A DNA stretch of 64,000 nt from an uncultured Acidobacteriota bacterium (GCA_913043225.1 CAJWLU010000001.1:160001-224000), one strand, 5' to 3'; numbered from the stretch's first letter, positions 36,959-47,696 are shown. Numbers and translations: made by a program. Notes: generated by a model not told the origin, from the letters alone.

Positions 36959-39333
36959 CGACGCAGCAGCACCGCCTCGTCCTGCGGAGCGACGTCGAAG
37001 AGATCGCCCGGGTAACGGCGATACCCCACGATGGCACCGTAGATGGCGTAAGCGTTCTGCTGGTCGAGCGCCAGACCGGCCAGATACTGCAGCCGGAGAC
37101 TCCTATCGCGGTTGATCGGGGCATCGCGCAGCCAGGGCTCAAGGTCGTTGCCCCTACCGGCATAGGTATCCAGCAGATCGATAGTCGAGCCGAGGCCAAC
37201 CTCGGCAAGCGAGCCGCGGAGCGCGGAGTCGCCGGCCAGCCGCTCGCCGATCCAGCGACCATCGATACGCTGCGATCCGACTCGACCGATCAGGACGAGG
37301 TCGTAACCCGCGTCGAGGAAATCACTATTCCAGAGCGTCGCGTCCGGGAAGGAGTGCACGAAGGTCCCGATCTGGCTCTTTGCCGACACTTCGTCGGTCT
37401 CGTAGAGCGGCACCCACTGCGCCACCACTCCTCCGGGCCGCAGCCGCTCCTTGACTAGCTCGTGGTACTCCACCGAGTACAGACTGGCAGCCCCACGCAC
37501 CCAGGGGTGGATCGGATCCGAGGTGATAACGTCGAACTGTTCGTCGGTGGTGGCAAGGAAATGCCGGGCGTCGTCGTAGATCACCTCCGTCCTGGGATCG
37601 GATAGCACCGCGTGGTTCGCCTCGCGGAACTGGTCGGAGGCAGTAATCACACTGGGCTCGATCTCGCAGATGACGATACGCTCGACCTCTGGATGGCGGA
37701 CGAACGACCCGGCCGTGACCCCGGCGCCCATGCCGACGATCAGGACGCTCCTGGGCTCTCCATGCAGGAGCGCCGGCACATGCCCGAGCATCCGCTCGAT
37801 CCGCATGTCCAGGTCCATGGTGGAGGCCACCACTTTCCCGCTGATATGCAACTGGCGGTAGCCCGCCTCGCTATCAGTGACCGCCACCGACGCGCTGACC
37901 CCCTCGTCGACGAACAGATACTGGCCAATGGTGTCCCAGCCGGGGATGTCGCGACCGAAGGCGATAAGTCCGCGTGGGGTGCCGGGCACCAGCCAGACCG
38001 ACAGGCCTACGGCGAGGACCAGCAGCCACGGCGCGAGAGAGAGGAGCGGCGTGGGCTGCCGCCGTCGCTCCGCCCAGAGCATCGTGGCCGCCGCCACGGC
38101 CGCAACGAGCACTAGGGCCTGCTGGGCAGCTTGGGTACCGACTCCCGGGATGAGCACGAGACTGAAGAGAACCGTCCCGAGCAACGCCCCAGCGGTATTG
38201 GCCACGGTAACCCGGGCCACGATTCTCCCAGCATCGGCGTCGCCCTCATTGGCCGCGGCAAGCGCGAGAGGCACGCTCGCACCCCAGACCAGGGTAGCCG
38301 GCGCGATCGACAGCGCGCACCGCGCGACGTCGAAGAGGAAGCTCATACCGTTCCCCTTCGCGGACAGTTCCCAGAACGGGATCTGATAACCGATCATGAA
38401 CGCACTAAAGGGAAGCGCCCCCAACAAGGCGACCTGCATCCACCCGAGCGCCAGCCCCGGTCGTTCGACCCGTCTAGCCAACCAGGCGCCGATAAGGCTG
38501 CCACCGCCGAGTCCCCCCAGGAACACGGCCAGGATCAGGGAGAAGTTGTAGACTGTCGCCCCGAATAGCAGCGAGAACTGCCTCGTCCACACCACCTCGG
38601 CCCCGAGCGATGCCAGGCCCGAAAGCGCGATCACGGCCAGCACGACCGGCCGGCCTGGTGCAAGCGACGGCTCGCGACGTACCGGTTCCGTCTCGTGGAT
38701 CCAACCACGGGCCAGCACAAGAGCAACACCAGCCACGGCCAGGTTTAGCGCCACTGCCACCAGAGTCGCGACGACCGTGTCGTAAACCCGTAGCAGGTAG
38801 AAACTGGCCAGCAGCACGCCGCTCACCGCCCCGATCGTGTTCACGCCATAGAGACGACCCGCCGCCGCCACGCCAGGTCGGGTAGCCCCGGTCCACCTGG
38901 CCACCGCAGGCAGAGTCGCCCCCATCAGGATGGTTGGGGGCAACAGGCAGACGACGCACACCACGGCTCGCAGCAAGACCCCGCCCAGCCCATAGCCCAC
39001 CGCAGCCAGATAGACCGACTGGGCCAGTGGCAGCACCGCCAGCAGCGCAACGCCGATAACGCCGATGGCCACCTCGAGCCCCGCATACACCCGCAGCGGA
39101 TGCCAGGTCGGCGGAACGACTCTCGGCAGCAGCACGCTTCCAATCCCCATGCCTCCCATGAAACTGACCAGCAGCGCGGCGATGGAGATGGAGGAGGACC
39201 CCACGACCAGACGGAGCACGTGGAACCAGGCCAGTTCGTAGATGAGGGCGGCAGCACCGCTGCCCAGAAACAGACAGGCAAGCAGAGCTGTGGGTTGCGG
39301 GGCCGGTTCAGAGCGGTTGGTGCAACCGGTCAT
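36952..39333 (-). CDS. Fused MFS-like membrane domain / spermidine-synthase-like SAM-binding protein
   Basis: SG.AALIYE..W, PTILMGATLP, GMGAGVT, EIEP, DDAR, FDVITSDP.HPW. Confidence 0.87.
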   Translation of the reverse strand: MTGCTNRSEPAPQPTALLACLFLGSGAAALIYELAWFHVLRLVVGSSSISIAALLVSFMGGMGIGSVLLPRVVPPTWHPLRVYAGLEVAIGVIGVALLAVLPLAQSVYLAAVGYGLGGVLLRAVVCVVCLLPPTILMGATLPAVARWTGATRPGVAAAGRLYGVNTIGAVSGVLLASFYLLRVYDTVVATLVAVALNLAVAGVALVLARGWIHETEPVRREPSLAPGRPVVLAVIALSGLASLGAEVVWTRQFSLLFGATVYNFSLILAVFLGGLGGGSLIGAWLARRVERPGLALGWMQVALLGALPFSAFMIGYQIPFWELSAKGNGMSFLFDVARCALSIAPATLVWGASVPLALAAANEGDADAGRIVARVTVANTAGALLGTVLFSLVLIPGVGTQAAQQALVLVAAVAAATMLWAERRRQPTPLLSLAPWLLVLAVGLSVWLVPGTPRGLIAFGRDIPGWDTIGQYLFVDEGVSASVAVTDSEAGYRQLHISGKVVASTMDLDMRIERMLGHVPALLHGEPRSVLIVGMGAGVTAGSFVRHPEVERIVICEIEPSVITASDQFREANHAVLSDPRTEVIYDDARHFLATTDEQFDVITSDPIHPWVRGAASLYSVEYHELVKERLRPGGVVAQWVPLYETDEVSAKSQIGTFVHSFPDATLWNSDFLDAGYDLVLIGRVGSQRIDGRWIGERLAGDSALRGSLAEVGLGSTIDLLDTYAGRGNDLEPWLRDAPINRDRSLRLQYLAGLALDQQNAYAIYGAIVGYRRYPGDLFDVAPQDEAVLLRRY

Positions 39334-39541
39334 AAACTCAAACATACAGGACGACGGTCCGGCCATTCTCGCTTCGCCGACGGGTCCGATACCAGTTCCT
39401 CGCTATCTCTATATTTGAACTTACGATCTGCGAAACGGGCCAGCGCTAGCCGGCCGGCATCGCTTACAGGTGTACCGAAACGATGCAACGTTCCGATGGC
39501 GAGATGCTGTCCAACCGGTTAAATCACCGGACTGGCGTCAG

Positions 39542-40033
39542 TTATCGGTCGATTCTGGACAGACTGGGAAGACTCGTCAGCGCCGACGAGATCCGTTGAG
39601 CGAGGCCGGTAAGATCCGGCTTGTCGTCTGGTAATAACTTCACCAGTGCCGCACACCCGTGGGCCAGCATGAGGTTGACGTCACGGTCGGGATGGTCGCC
39701 GCCACGCCGCAGATCGGTGCGAAGTCCGACGATGGGCGTCCCCCACGCGAAGGCGGCCCCGCATTCGAAGCAAGTCCCCGAGTCGGGGTCCGCACCGTCG
39801 AGGACCGCCACCACCGCGTCAGCCTCGCGGATCCGGTCGACGAGCAGCTCGAACATCGCCGCGGTAGGCAGTGGCCGCTCGGGCTCGATCAGGTCGGCCA
39901 CCAGGCGCTGCGGCAGCAACACCCTATACCCGAACGTTTCGAGAGCGGCCGCCAGACTGGCATTCCACCGCTGCTCGGCGTGGGTGAAGAGTGGGCCGGC
40001 GAAGTAGACGAAGGAGCCGGGAGATGCGGACAT
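39542..40033 (-). CDS. Nucleoside 2-deoxyribosyltransferase family protein
   Basis: YFAGPLF, LPQ, DG...DSGT.FE.G.A, RTD.R, NLM. Confidence 0.88.
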   Translation of the reverse strand: MSASPGSFVYFAGPLFTHAEQRWNASLAAALETFGYRVLLPQRLVADLIEPERPLPTAAMFELLVDRIREADAVVAVLDGADPDSGTCFECGAAFAWGTPIVGLRTDLRRGGDHPDRDVNLMLAHGCAALVKLLPDDKPDLTGLAQRISSALTSLPSLSRIDR

Positions 40034-40086
40034 CGTGTGGTGTGTCCCAGGCAGGGTTCGAAGGAGCAAGCACCCAGCGGCAGGAT

Positions 40087-40875
40087 TTACAGGAACGTCG
40101 TACCCTCCCCGAACTCCTCGGCTTGACGACGCTGGGCATCGGTGGGAGCCGGCTGGCTGATCACGGGTACCCGCTTGAGATATAACCGAAACGCTTGGTA
40201 ATGAATAGCGACCGTCGTGCGGAACGTCAACCAGGGCTGGGTCAGGACGAGCCGCGCCAGAACGCCGTCATCTAGGTGGCGCCGCTCGCCCCAGAGTTGA
40301 ACATCGAGCACGTGCTGATCGTCTTCGAACTCCACGATGCCAATCGAGAGGCGCTCGTCGAGCGGCGCCAGCCGGAAGTTATATCGGCATCGGTTCGAGA
40401 GGAACGGAGACACGTGCATCTGCTTAGCCGCCGAACACCGCCACGGCTCGTGCCCCGCGTCATCACGCAACAGATACAGATAGCGCTCACCGAAGGTACT
40501 GGAGACCTCCGCCACGACCGCGCGGAGCTCGCCGGACTCGGCATGACAGTAGTAGAAGCTAACGGGATTGAAGACATAGCCGAACAACCGACAGCTGGTT
40601 AGCAGACCGACCCGACCACCAGTGATATCGACCTCATGGCGCGCCAGCCACCGTTCGAGTTTTGGCCGCGTCGCGCCCGCCTCGCCATCAAGGTGGTCAC
40701 GGTCATGAAACGTGACGAGACCGGCACCGTTCACACCAAATAGCCTGAGCGACGAGCCGACCCGCTTCAGCTCATCGAGATCGAGATAGAAGAGGCTGAC
40801 CGGATAGCGGAAGTCGTGCACCGCGGGACGCGCCCGACGGTGCCGTACCCACCCCGTGTAGAGACACGATCTCAT
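40087..40875 (-). CDS. DUF1365 protein (UfaO-like)
   Basis: LY.G.VRHRR..P..H.FRY, GYVFNPVSFYYC, EV..TFGER, K.MHVSPF, IH.QA.RL. Confidence 0.9.
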   Translation of the reverse strand: MRSCLYTGWVRHRRARPAVHDFRYPVSLFYLDLDELKRVGSSLRLFGVNGAGLVTFHDRDHLDGEAGATRPKLERWLARHEVDITGGRVGLLTSCRLFGYVFNPVSFYYCHAESGELRAVVAEVSSTFGERYLYLLRDDAGHEPWRCSAAKQMHVSPFLSNRCRYNFRLAPLDERLSIGIVEFEDDQHVLDVQLWGERRHLDDGVLARLVLTQPWLTFRTTVAIHYQAFRLYLKRVPVISQPAPTDAQRRQAEEFGEGTTFL

Positions 40876-42161
40876 CGCGACCAATCAGCCTCGGGATCGA
40901 TAGCGCGGACCACATCGAGCCCCGCACGCACGCCGTCCTCGTGAAACCCGTTCCCCAAATAGGCACCGCAGTAGTAGGTGCGTCGCATGCCGTTCTCCGC
41001 ACGCAACCGCTCACGCGCCTGCAAACCGGCCGGACTGTAGCACGGGTGCGAGAAGCGCAACCGCCGCAGGATCAGGTCAGACCGCACCGCTCCGCCGTCG
41101 TTCAGGGTGACGCAAAACGGTCGATCGGACTCGAAGCGCTGCAGTCGATTGAGCAGATAGGTCATCTCCAACGGACGACTGGAGTCCCGACAGTCCGGCA
41201 CATGGTAGTTCCAGGCGGCCCAAGCGTGCCGGGAGCGCGGCAGGACCGAGCGGTCCGTGTGAAGCAGCAAGTCGTTCGCGCGATAGGGAATGGCGCCCAG
41301 CAGTTCCCGTTCGCGCGCGTCCGGATCCTCGAGCAAGCTGAGCGCCTGATCGGTGTGGGTCGCCAGCACCACGCGGTCAAACCGCTCGGCGTCCCCATTC
41401 ACCGGGGTCACCGTCACCCCGTCTGTTTCGCGCGTGACCCCGGCCACCGGCTGCCGACACCGAAGCCGGGGTCCAAGCCTGGTCGCAAGTTGTTCTACAT
41501 ACCGCTGGCTGCCCCCCACGACGGTACGCCAGGGCGGCTGGTTCCGTACCTGCAAGAGACCGTGATTGCGAAAGAAGCGCAGGAACAGATCGAGCGGAAA
41601 CTGCTCGGCGTCGGCGACGCTAGACGACCAGATCGCACTGGTCATCGGTAGCAAGTAGTGGCGGACCAACTCGTCGGACAGACCGGCGGCTCGCACCGCC
41701 GACCCCAACGTCGCGCCCGCGGGTAGATCGGTGACACCGAGCGCCCAGCGGTTGAACCGCGTCACATCGCGGAGCAGACGCCAGTAGCTGGGCCGCAGCA
41801 ACTGCCGCGGCCGACTCGTCAGCCCCCGTACCCCGCGACCGCTGTAGGCGAGATCACATGTCCCACACTGGACGCTGAAGGACATTTCACTCGGCTGCGT
41901 CTCGACCCCGAGACGGTCCAACAATCGGGTGAACAGCGGATACGTCCGCTCGTTGTAGACGATGAAGCCGATATCGAGGGACCGCGACCGTCCGCCATCC
42001 TCCACCCGCACGGTGTGCGCATGCCCACCCGCTACCGGCTCGGATTCGTAGATGACGACGTCGTGACGAGACGCGAGCGCATCGGCAGCCGTCAGCCCCG
42101 CGACGCCGGCACCGACGACAGCAAGTCGTAACCGATTTTCGGCGTTTTTCTCCCTGGTCAC
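40872..42161 (-). CDS. FAD-dependent oxidoreductase (COG2907/UfaD-like)
   Basis: GAGVAGL, GGHAHT, DIGFIVYNERTYP, MSFS, FF.NHGLL, AAWNY, GFHEDG. Confidence 0.9.
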   Translation of the reverse strand: MTREKNAENRLRLAVVGAGVAGLTAADALASRHDVVIYESEPVAGGHAHTVRVEDGGRSRSLDIGFIVYNERTYPLFTRLLDRLGVETQPSEMSFSVQCGTCDLAYSGRGVRGLTSRPRQLLRPSYWRLLRDVTRFNRWALGVTDLPAGATLGSAVRAAGLSDELVRHYLLPMTSAIWSSSVADAEQFPLDLFLRFFRNHGLLQVRNQPPWRTVVGGSQRYVEQLATRLGPRLRCRQPVAGVTRETDGVTVTPVNGDAERFDRVVLATHTDQALSLLEDPDARERELLGAIPYRANDLLLHTDRSVLPRSRHAWAAWNYHVPDCRDSSRPLEMTYLLNRLQRFESDRPFCVTLNDGGAVRSDLILRRLRFSHPCYSPAGLQARERLRAENGMRRTYYCGAYLGNGFHEDGVRAGLDVVRAIDPEADWSR

Positions 42162-42262
42162 GCCAGGCCGCCCACCGTTGCCCGAGCGGAAAACCGATCG
42201 CCACTCACCACCCGCACACCTCCTAGATTAAACGTATTATCTTTCCGGTTAAAGCCAACACG

Positions 42263-43558
42263 ATGTCAGGCGTCCCTTCTCCGACCCGCACCGCGAGCAC
42301 TTCCATCAAGCGCTCGATCCTCGGAAACTTGGTCCGACCGTGGCTGCTCCGCCTCCTCGACCGTCTGGACGATGGCCAGCTCGAGCTCGTGGACCCGCTC
42401 GGCCGTCGTCGCCTTGGGAGCGACGCCCGCGACCTGGAAGCTGGCGGTGAGTCACAGACGACGACCGATCTCTGCGGAGAGGTCGAGATCGCCGATACCG
42501 GGGTCTACCCGCGTCTCATCTGGGGCGGCTCGATCGGGGCGGCTGAGACCTATGCCGACAGGCGCTGGTCGAGCCCGGATCTCACGTCGGTGATCCGCCT
42601 ACTCGCTAGGAATCGAGACGTGGGGAAGGCGCTGGACGGCCCTGCCAGCCGGCTGCTGGGACTAACCCAACAACTGCGGCATCGATGGCGGACGAACACG
42701 CGCCGACAAAGTCAGCGCAACATCGGCGACCACTACGACCTCGGCAACGACTTCTTCGAGACGTTTCTCGATCCCACGCTCACCTACTCGTGCGCCGTCT
42801 TCCCTACCCCGGACGCCGATCTGGAGACGGCGTCTAGACACAAGCTCGACCTGATCTGCCGGAAGCTGGATCTACAGCCTGACGACCGCCTCCTCGAGAT
42901 CGGCACCGGCTGGGGTAGCCTCTGCCTTCACGCCGCCAGCGCGTACGGCTGCCAGGTCGTCACCACCACGATCTCGCGCGAGCAATACCAGCGCGCCACC
43001 GAGCGGGTCCAGGCCGCTGGACTCTGCGACCGCATCCGCATCGAGATGCTCGACTACCGGGACCTGCCAGACCGTTATCCGGAACGGTTCGATAAACTGG
43101 TTTCGGTCGAGATGATTGAAGCGGTGGGCCGAGCGTTCCTCCCCCGCTACTTCGAGATCTGCGACGAGTTGCTGATCCCGGGCGGGCGCGGTCTGATCCA
43201 GGCGATCGTGATCGACGACGATCTTTACGCCAGCTACGCGACCGGCGTGGACTTCATTCAGCGCTATATCTTTCCGGGCGGCTTCCTGCCCTCTGTGGCC
43301 ATCATGCGGGAGCTGACGGCCCGCACCGCGCTCGAGGTGGTCAAGGTCGACGACATTACCCACCACTATCCGCCGACTCTGCGTGCCTGGCGGGCTGCGC
43401 TCCACCGTCGCTGGTTCGACCTGATCTCGCTCGGTTACCCAGACCGCCTCCTCCGCCTCTGGGACTATTACTTCTGCTACTCCGAAGGCGGATTCCTTGA
43501 GCGAACCATTGGTGACGTGCAGGTGACCCTCACCAAGCCCCGCAGTCCTTCGCCATGA
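42263..43558 (+). CDS. Cyclopropane-fatty-acid synthase family methyltransferase (UfaM-like)
   Basis: NI..HYDLGNDFF, TYSCA, LEIGTGWG, EMIEAVG, FIQRYIFPGG, W.YYFCY.EGGF. Confidence 0.92.
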   Translation: MSGVPSPTRTASTSIKRSILGNLVRPWLLRLLDRLDDGQLELVDPLGRRRLGSDARDLEAGGESQTTTDLCGEVEIADTGVYPRLIWGGSIGAAETYADRRWSSPDLTSVIRLLARNRDVGKALDGPASRLLGLTQQLRHRWRTNTRRQSQRNIGDHYDLGNDFFETFLDPTLTYSCAVFPTPDADLETASRHKLDLICRKLDLQPDDRLLEIGTGWGSLCLHAASAYGCQVVTTTISREQYQRATERVQAAGLCDRIRIEMLDYRDLPDRYPERFDKLVSVEMIEAVGRAFLPRYFEICDELLIPGGRGLIQAIVIDDDLYASYATGVDFIQRYIFPGGFLPSVAIMRELTARTALEVVKVDDITHHYPPTLRAWRAALHRRWFDLISLGYPDRLLRLWDYYFCYSEGGFLERTIGDVQVTLTKPRSPSP

Positions 43559-44583
43559 GCCTGATTCTCGAACTTGCCGAGCGGGGCTGGCTCCCGGACG
43601 GTGTCATCTGTGTGGGAATCCGGCAGTTGCTCCGGCAGCGGCTGGCCGCCGAGCGCACCCGGACGAGCGAGGGGGCGGGTGGGCTTGATGATCACCTGGC
43701 CGCCATGCGCGCGGGCCCGATCGCGATCGAGGTCGATGCCGCCAACACGCAGCATTACGAAGTTCCCGCCGCCCTGTTCGAAGCGGTTCTTGGCCCCCAT
43801 CTCAAGTACAGCTGCGGCCACTGGCCCGAGGGCGTGTCCACACTCGACGAGGCGGAAGCCTCTATGCTGGCTCTGACGTGCGAGCGGGCAGGGCTCACGG
43901 ACGGCATGCGTGTGATGGACCTCGGCTGCGGCTGGGGCGCCCTGGCACTGTGGGTGGCCGAACGCTACCCCCAAACCGAGGTGCTGGCCGTCTCAAACTC
44001 GACGTCGCAACGGCACTTCATCGAGCACCGGCGCACTGCCAGAGGCCTGTCCAACCTCCGGGTCGTGACCGCCGACGTCAACCAGTACGAACCCTCGGAC
44101 CGCTTCGACCGGGTGGTCTCCGTCGAGATGTTCGAGCATCTGCGCAATGTCGAGGCATTGCTGGAGCGGATCGGTGCCTGGCTCGTTCCCGACGGCCGGC
44201 TGTTCGTCCACGTCTTCTCCCATCACCGCTACGCGTACTTCTACGACGTGGACGGCGAGTCGGACTGGATGGCCAGACACTTCTTCACTGGGGGCATGAT
44301 GCCGTCGGACAGGTTGCTCGCTGCCTGTGACGGTCCGCTCGGGGTGGAAGCGCAATGGACGGTTGACGGCCGCCACTACGGCCGGACCGCGCGGGCATGG
44401 CTGGCAAACTTGGACCGCCAGCGTGACGCTGCACTCGACGTCCTAAGGGCGGATCTCGGCACGACCGAGGGCACTCGCTGGCTGCAGCGCTGGCGTCTCT
44501 TCTTCCTGGCTTGCGCCGAGCTCTTCGAGTATCGCAATGGAGCGGAGTGGCGGGTTACTCACCATCGGCTCGCGCTCAGATAG
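43555..44583 (+). CDS. CFA-synthase-related SAM methyltransferase (second subfamily)
   Basis: AN.QHYEVP, KYSC, DLGCGWG, VSNS.SQ, EMFEH, WMARHFFTGGMMPS. Confidence 0.88.
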   Translation: MSLILELAERGWLPDGVICVGIRQLLRQRLAAERTRTSEGAGGLDDHLAAMRAGPIAIEVDAANTQHYEVPAALFEAVLGPHLKYSCGHWPEGVSTLDEAEASMLALTCERAGLTDGMRVMDLGCGWGALALWVAERYPQTEVLAVSNSTSQRHFIEHRRTARGLSNLRVVTADVNQYEPSDRFDRVVSVEMFEHLRNVEALLERIGAWLVPDGRLFVHVFSHHRYAYFYDVDGESDWMARHFFTGGMMPSDRLLAACDGPLGVEAQWTVDGRHYGRTARAWLANLDRQRDAALDVLRADLGTTEGTRWLQRWRLFFLACAELFEYRNGAEWRVTHHRLALR

Positions 44584-44673
44584 CCCGGAGCACTTCGTCA
44601 CTACGCAGTGGCTTGCAATGGCAATCATCTAGGCTTTTATTCACTGCTCTAAAATACTTCGCTACAGAATCTA

Positions 44674-45018
44674 ATGACCCTCAGCCTCAAGCTGTTCTTC
44701 TCGTTGATGCTGATCGCCATGCTCGCGATCACCACGGCCGCCTCGCTCGATCGCGGCCTAGTGGCAGCCGCCGAAGCCCTCTGGCCCGACCTGTGGTTCC
44801 GGGCCACGCTGGCCGACGCCTACTTCGCGTTTCTGACCGTCTGGGTGTGGATGGCCTGGCGCGAACCAACCTGGCCGCGGCGACTTGCCTGGCTCGTGGC
44901 GGTCCTTGGCCTGGGGAGCATCGCGATTGCCGTCTACGCTCTACTGCTGCTCGCACGAGCCAACCCCCGCGATCCTGTGAGTACCCTGCTCACCAGAAAC
45001 GCGGACCGGAGCCAATAG
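44674..45018 (+). CDS. DUF1475-like small membrane protein
   Basis: WF.ATL.DAY..FL....W..WRE; three hydrophobic helices. Confidence 0.75.
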   Translation: MTLSLKLFFSLMLIAMLAITTAASLDRGLVAAAEALWPDLWFRATLADAYFAFLTVWVWMAWREPTWPRRLAWLVAVLGLGSIAIAVYALLLLARANPRDPVSTLLTRNADRSQ

Positions 45019-45032
45019 CGGCGGTGCCGCGA

Positions 45033-45572
45033 CTACTCGGTGCCCCGGTACCGGCCTGGGATCGACCCGGAGCCACTGGCCAACCTCGCCAGAGTGGGGA
45101 TGGCCAGCGCCCACAGCAGGGCCAGCAGCGCCCAGGCTGCGCCTCCGTCGACACGAACCGCCCCGAGCCGCTCCCCGAGCCAGTAAGCAAACGGCCCTCC
45201 CAGGGCGCCGAACCCGGCCGCCGCGCGCCAGTCTCGGCCCAGCCAACGCAAACAGAAACGGAGCGTGGCAGCGAACTGGACCCACAGCACTACGATCCAG
45301 GGTGGGGCAACCCCGTCCACCAGGGTGCCAGACTGGAAGCGGAGCCCGCCGAGTGTCACCTGAAGCGACTCGACTACGAATCCGATCACGGCCGCAATCA
45401 CCAACAGACGGACCTCGACGCGACGGTCCACGACCAGCGCCAGATGCACCGCGACGAGCCCGAGACCGACCACGGTTGCCATCAGAGGCCGATGGGCCGC
45501 AGCCAGCAGCACCAGGGCAAGCCAACCTGCCTGATACAAGACGTAGTTGACGAGGTCTACGCGAGTCTGCAT
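45033..45572 (-). CDS. DUF2878-like membrane protein
   Basis: N..LYQ.GW, P.W...LW..FA.TL, GGP.AY..G.RLGA. Confidence 0.82.
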   Translation of the reverse strand: MQTRVDLVNYVLYQAGWLALVLLAAAHRPLMATVVGLGLVAVHLALVVDRRVEVRLLVIAAVIGFVVESLQVTLGGLRFQSGTLVDGVAPPWIVVLWVQFAATLRFCLRWLGRDWRAAAGFGALGGPFAYWLGERLGAVRVDGGAAWALLALLWALAIPTLARLASGSGSIPGRYRGTE

Positions 45573-45604
45573 GCTGTCGGCTCGAACGAAGGAGAATCGC
45601 ATCT

Positions 45605-46540
45605 GTGCATGAATCGACCCCGGCGCTCTCGCCGTCCACCCGTCCGTCTGGTCCGCCTCCAGAGCACCGCCAGATCGACTGGCTGGGCAACATCCCGTTT
45701 CTGAGTGTTCACGCCGGCTGCCTGCTGGTCCTGTGGACCGGCGTCAGCCCCACTGCGGCGGCCATCGGCTTGGCAACGTTGCTGATCCGCATGTTCGGTC
45801 TGACCGGCGGATATCATCGGTACTTCTGTCATCGAGCCTTCAAGACTTCTCGGGTATTCCAGTTCGTCTTGGCGTGGCTTGGCACAGCCGCCGCGCAGAA
45901 GGGGCCGCTCTGGTGGGCCGGTCATCATCGAAGCCACCACCGCCACTCTGATACCGAAGCCGACGTCCACCCGCCCGGGATCCACGGCTTCTTCTGGGCG
46001 CACATCGGCTGGGTGATGTGTCCAGCCAATCTTCGGACGAAGATGGAGCTGATGCCGGACTTCGCCCGCTATCCGGAACTGACCTGGCTCGATCGGAATC
46101 ACCATGTGGCACCAGTGACCCTGGCGGTCAGCCTTTTCCTGCTCGGCGCCTGGCTCGAGTCCACGGCGCCCGCGCTGGGCGTCACCGGGCTGCAGCTGCT
46201 GGCAGTCGCATTCTTCCTCAGCACGACGGTCCTTTACCACGTCACCTTCGCAGTCAACTCGATTGGCCACACGGTAGGCCGCCGCCGTTTCGACACCCTA
46301 GACGCCAGCCGCAACGGGTTCCTGCTGGCGCTCCTCACCGGCGGTGAAGGCTGGCACAACAACCACCACCGATATCCCACCTCGGAACGGCAAGGTTTCT
46401 ACTGGTGGGAGATCGACCCCACCCACTACGTGGTCGTGCTCCTGAACACGCTCGGCGTGGTCTGGGACGTGCGCGGACCGTCGGCCGAGGTGCTGGAGGA
46501 AGGAAGGAGCCGGCCGAACCGGGCCGCGATCACGTCCTGA
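45605..46540 (+). CDS. Membrane fatty acid (acyl-CoA type) desaturase
   Basis: Three His boxes: HRYFCH, HRSHH, HNNHH; QKGPLWW. Confidence 0.92.
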   Translation: MHESTPALSPSTRPSGPPPEHRQIDWLGNIPFLSVHAGCLLVLWTGVSPTAAAIGLATLLIRMFGLTGGYHRYFCHRAFKTSRVFQFVLAWLGTAAAQKGPLWWAGHHRSHHRHSDTEADVHPPGIHGFFWAHIGWVMCPANLRTKMELMPDFARYPELTWLDRNHHVAPVTLAVSLFLLGAWLESTAPALGVTGLQLLAVAFFLSTTVLYHVTFAVNSIGHTVGRRRFDTLDASRNGFLLALLTGGEGWHNNHHRYPTSERQGFYWWEIDPTHYVVVLLNTLGVVWDVRGPSAEVLEEGRSRPNRAAITS

Positions 46541-47040
46541 CGGTAGTTGAAGATTTTGCGGAGGTCACGGTCCACCCAGCGGGTGGCGGCCTCGGGCAGC
46601 AACGCGCCTCCGTAGATGGCGAAGTGCACCGTGTCCCGCAGAAGCGTGCCGCCGTCTACCTCGATAAAGTCATGCCGATGGCGCCACAGCCGAAACGGGC
46701 CTCGGCGCTGGTAATCGGTGAATCCCACCGGTGGCTCCCACTCCAAGATCACAGTGTGCCAGCCCACCGGCACCCCGTGCAGCCGGAGACGGTACCGGAT
46801 ACGGGTGTCCTGTCGAACGTCGGGTGTCGAGACCTCAAGGATCCGGAACCGCAGGAACGGCGGTGTCAACTGCTCTAAGTTCCGGGCATCGGCAAAGTAC
46901 GGGAAGACCTCGTCCCTCGGGCGCGGAACGCGCTGGGTCGCCACCAACCGCTGTTCGCCGCCGTCACGCTCGATGCGAACCGAGCGCTCGGCTTCGACGC
47001 TCGCGCTCCGGTGTGGGGCGTCATTGCTGTCTACCATCAT
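46426..47040 (-). CDS. SRPBCC/cyclase family protein
   Basis: VF.YF.DA.NL..LTPP.L.F, F.D.Q..GPF..W.H.H.F, IF.YR. Confidence 0.85.
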   Translation of the reverse strand: MMVDSNDAPHRSASVEAERSVRIERDGGEQRLVATQRVPRPRDEVFPYFADARNLEQLTPPFLRFRILEVSTPDVRQDTRIRYRLRLHGVPVGWHTVILEWEPPVGFTDYQRRGPFRLWRHRHDFIEVDGGTLLRDTVHFAIYGGALLPEAATRWVDRDLRKIFNYRQDVIAARFGRLLPSSSTSADGPRTSQTTPSVFRSTTT

Positions 47041-47106
47041 ATTTAACTAGAGATACAATACGATCAACTTCCAAGCAAATCGACCCAGCAGTTGGAGGCA
47101 GTAACG

Positions 47107-47691
47107 GTGCTATCGGACACGATAAGAGACGGACTCGAGAATTACCGGATCGGTGAACGGATCCGCGCGATGCGGCTCGAGAAGAAGCTTGGGCTGGTCG
47201 AGCTCGGCCAGCACACGGGACTCTCGCCGGCGCTGCTCTCTAAGATCGAGCGGGGCAAGATGTTCCCCACCCTGCCCACGCTCTTGCGTATCGCCATGGT
47301 GTTCAGTGTCGAGCTCGACACCTTCTTCACCCCCGACGAGACGCCGGTCGCCGCAGTAGTGCGTCGCAGCGATCGACAGCGGTTTCCTCAGCTCCCGAAC
47401 CAGGACCAGGCCAACTTCCATTTCGAGAGCCTGGACTACCCGGTGACCAAGCGCGCCATGAGCTCCTATTTCGCCGAGTTCACCCAGATTAGCGCCAACA
47501 AGCTCAAGATGCATCAGCACCCGGGCGTCGAGTTCATCTACGTCATGACGGGGGCCCTCTCGCTCAAGATCGAAGACCGAGACACAGTGCTCCGAGCCGG
47601 TGATTCGATGTATTTCGATTCCTCGCCATCGCACGGCTATCGACGCTACGGCCGGACCAAGTGCACGGCGATCGTCGTCGTCACTTCCTGA
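47107..47691 (+). CDS. XRE-HTH/cupin transcriptional regulator
   Basis: IGERIR..R....GLS..LLSKIERG..PT..TL..IA; cupin HQHPGVEF...GDSMYFDS..HGY; GGAGG before GTG. Confidence 0.92.
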   Translation: MLSDTIRDGLENYRIGERIRAMRLEKKLGLVELGQHTGLSPALLSKIERGKMFPTLPTLLRIAMVFSVELDTFFTPDETPVAAVVRRSDRQRFPQLPNQDQANFHFESLDYPVTKRAMSSYFAEFTQISANKLKMHQHPGVEFIYVMTGALSLKIEDRDTVLRAGDSMYFDSSPSHGYRRYGRTKCTAIVVVTS

Positions 47692-47696
47692 GCCCG

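Noticed and set aside
39334..39541. Lower-GC intergenic stretch with a roughly 60-codon open minus-strand frame
   Set aside because: No clear start codon and no recognisable motif
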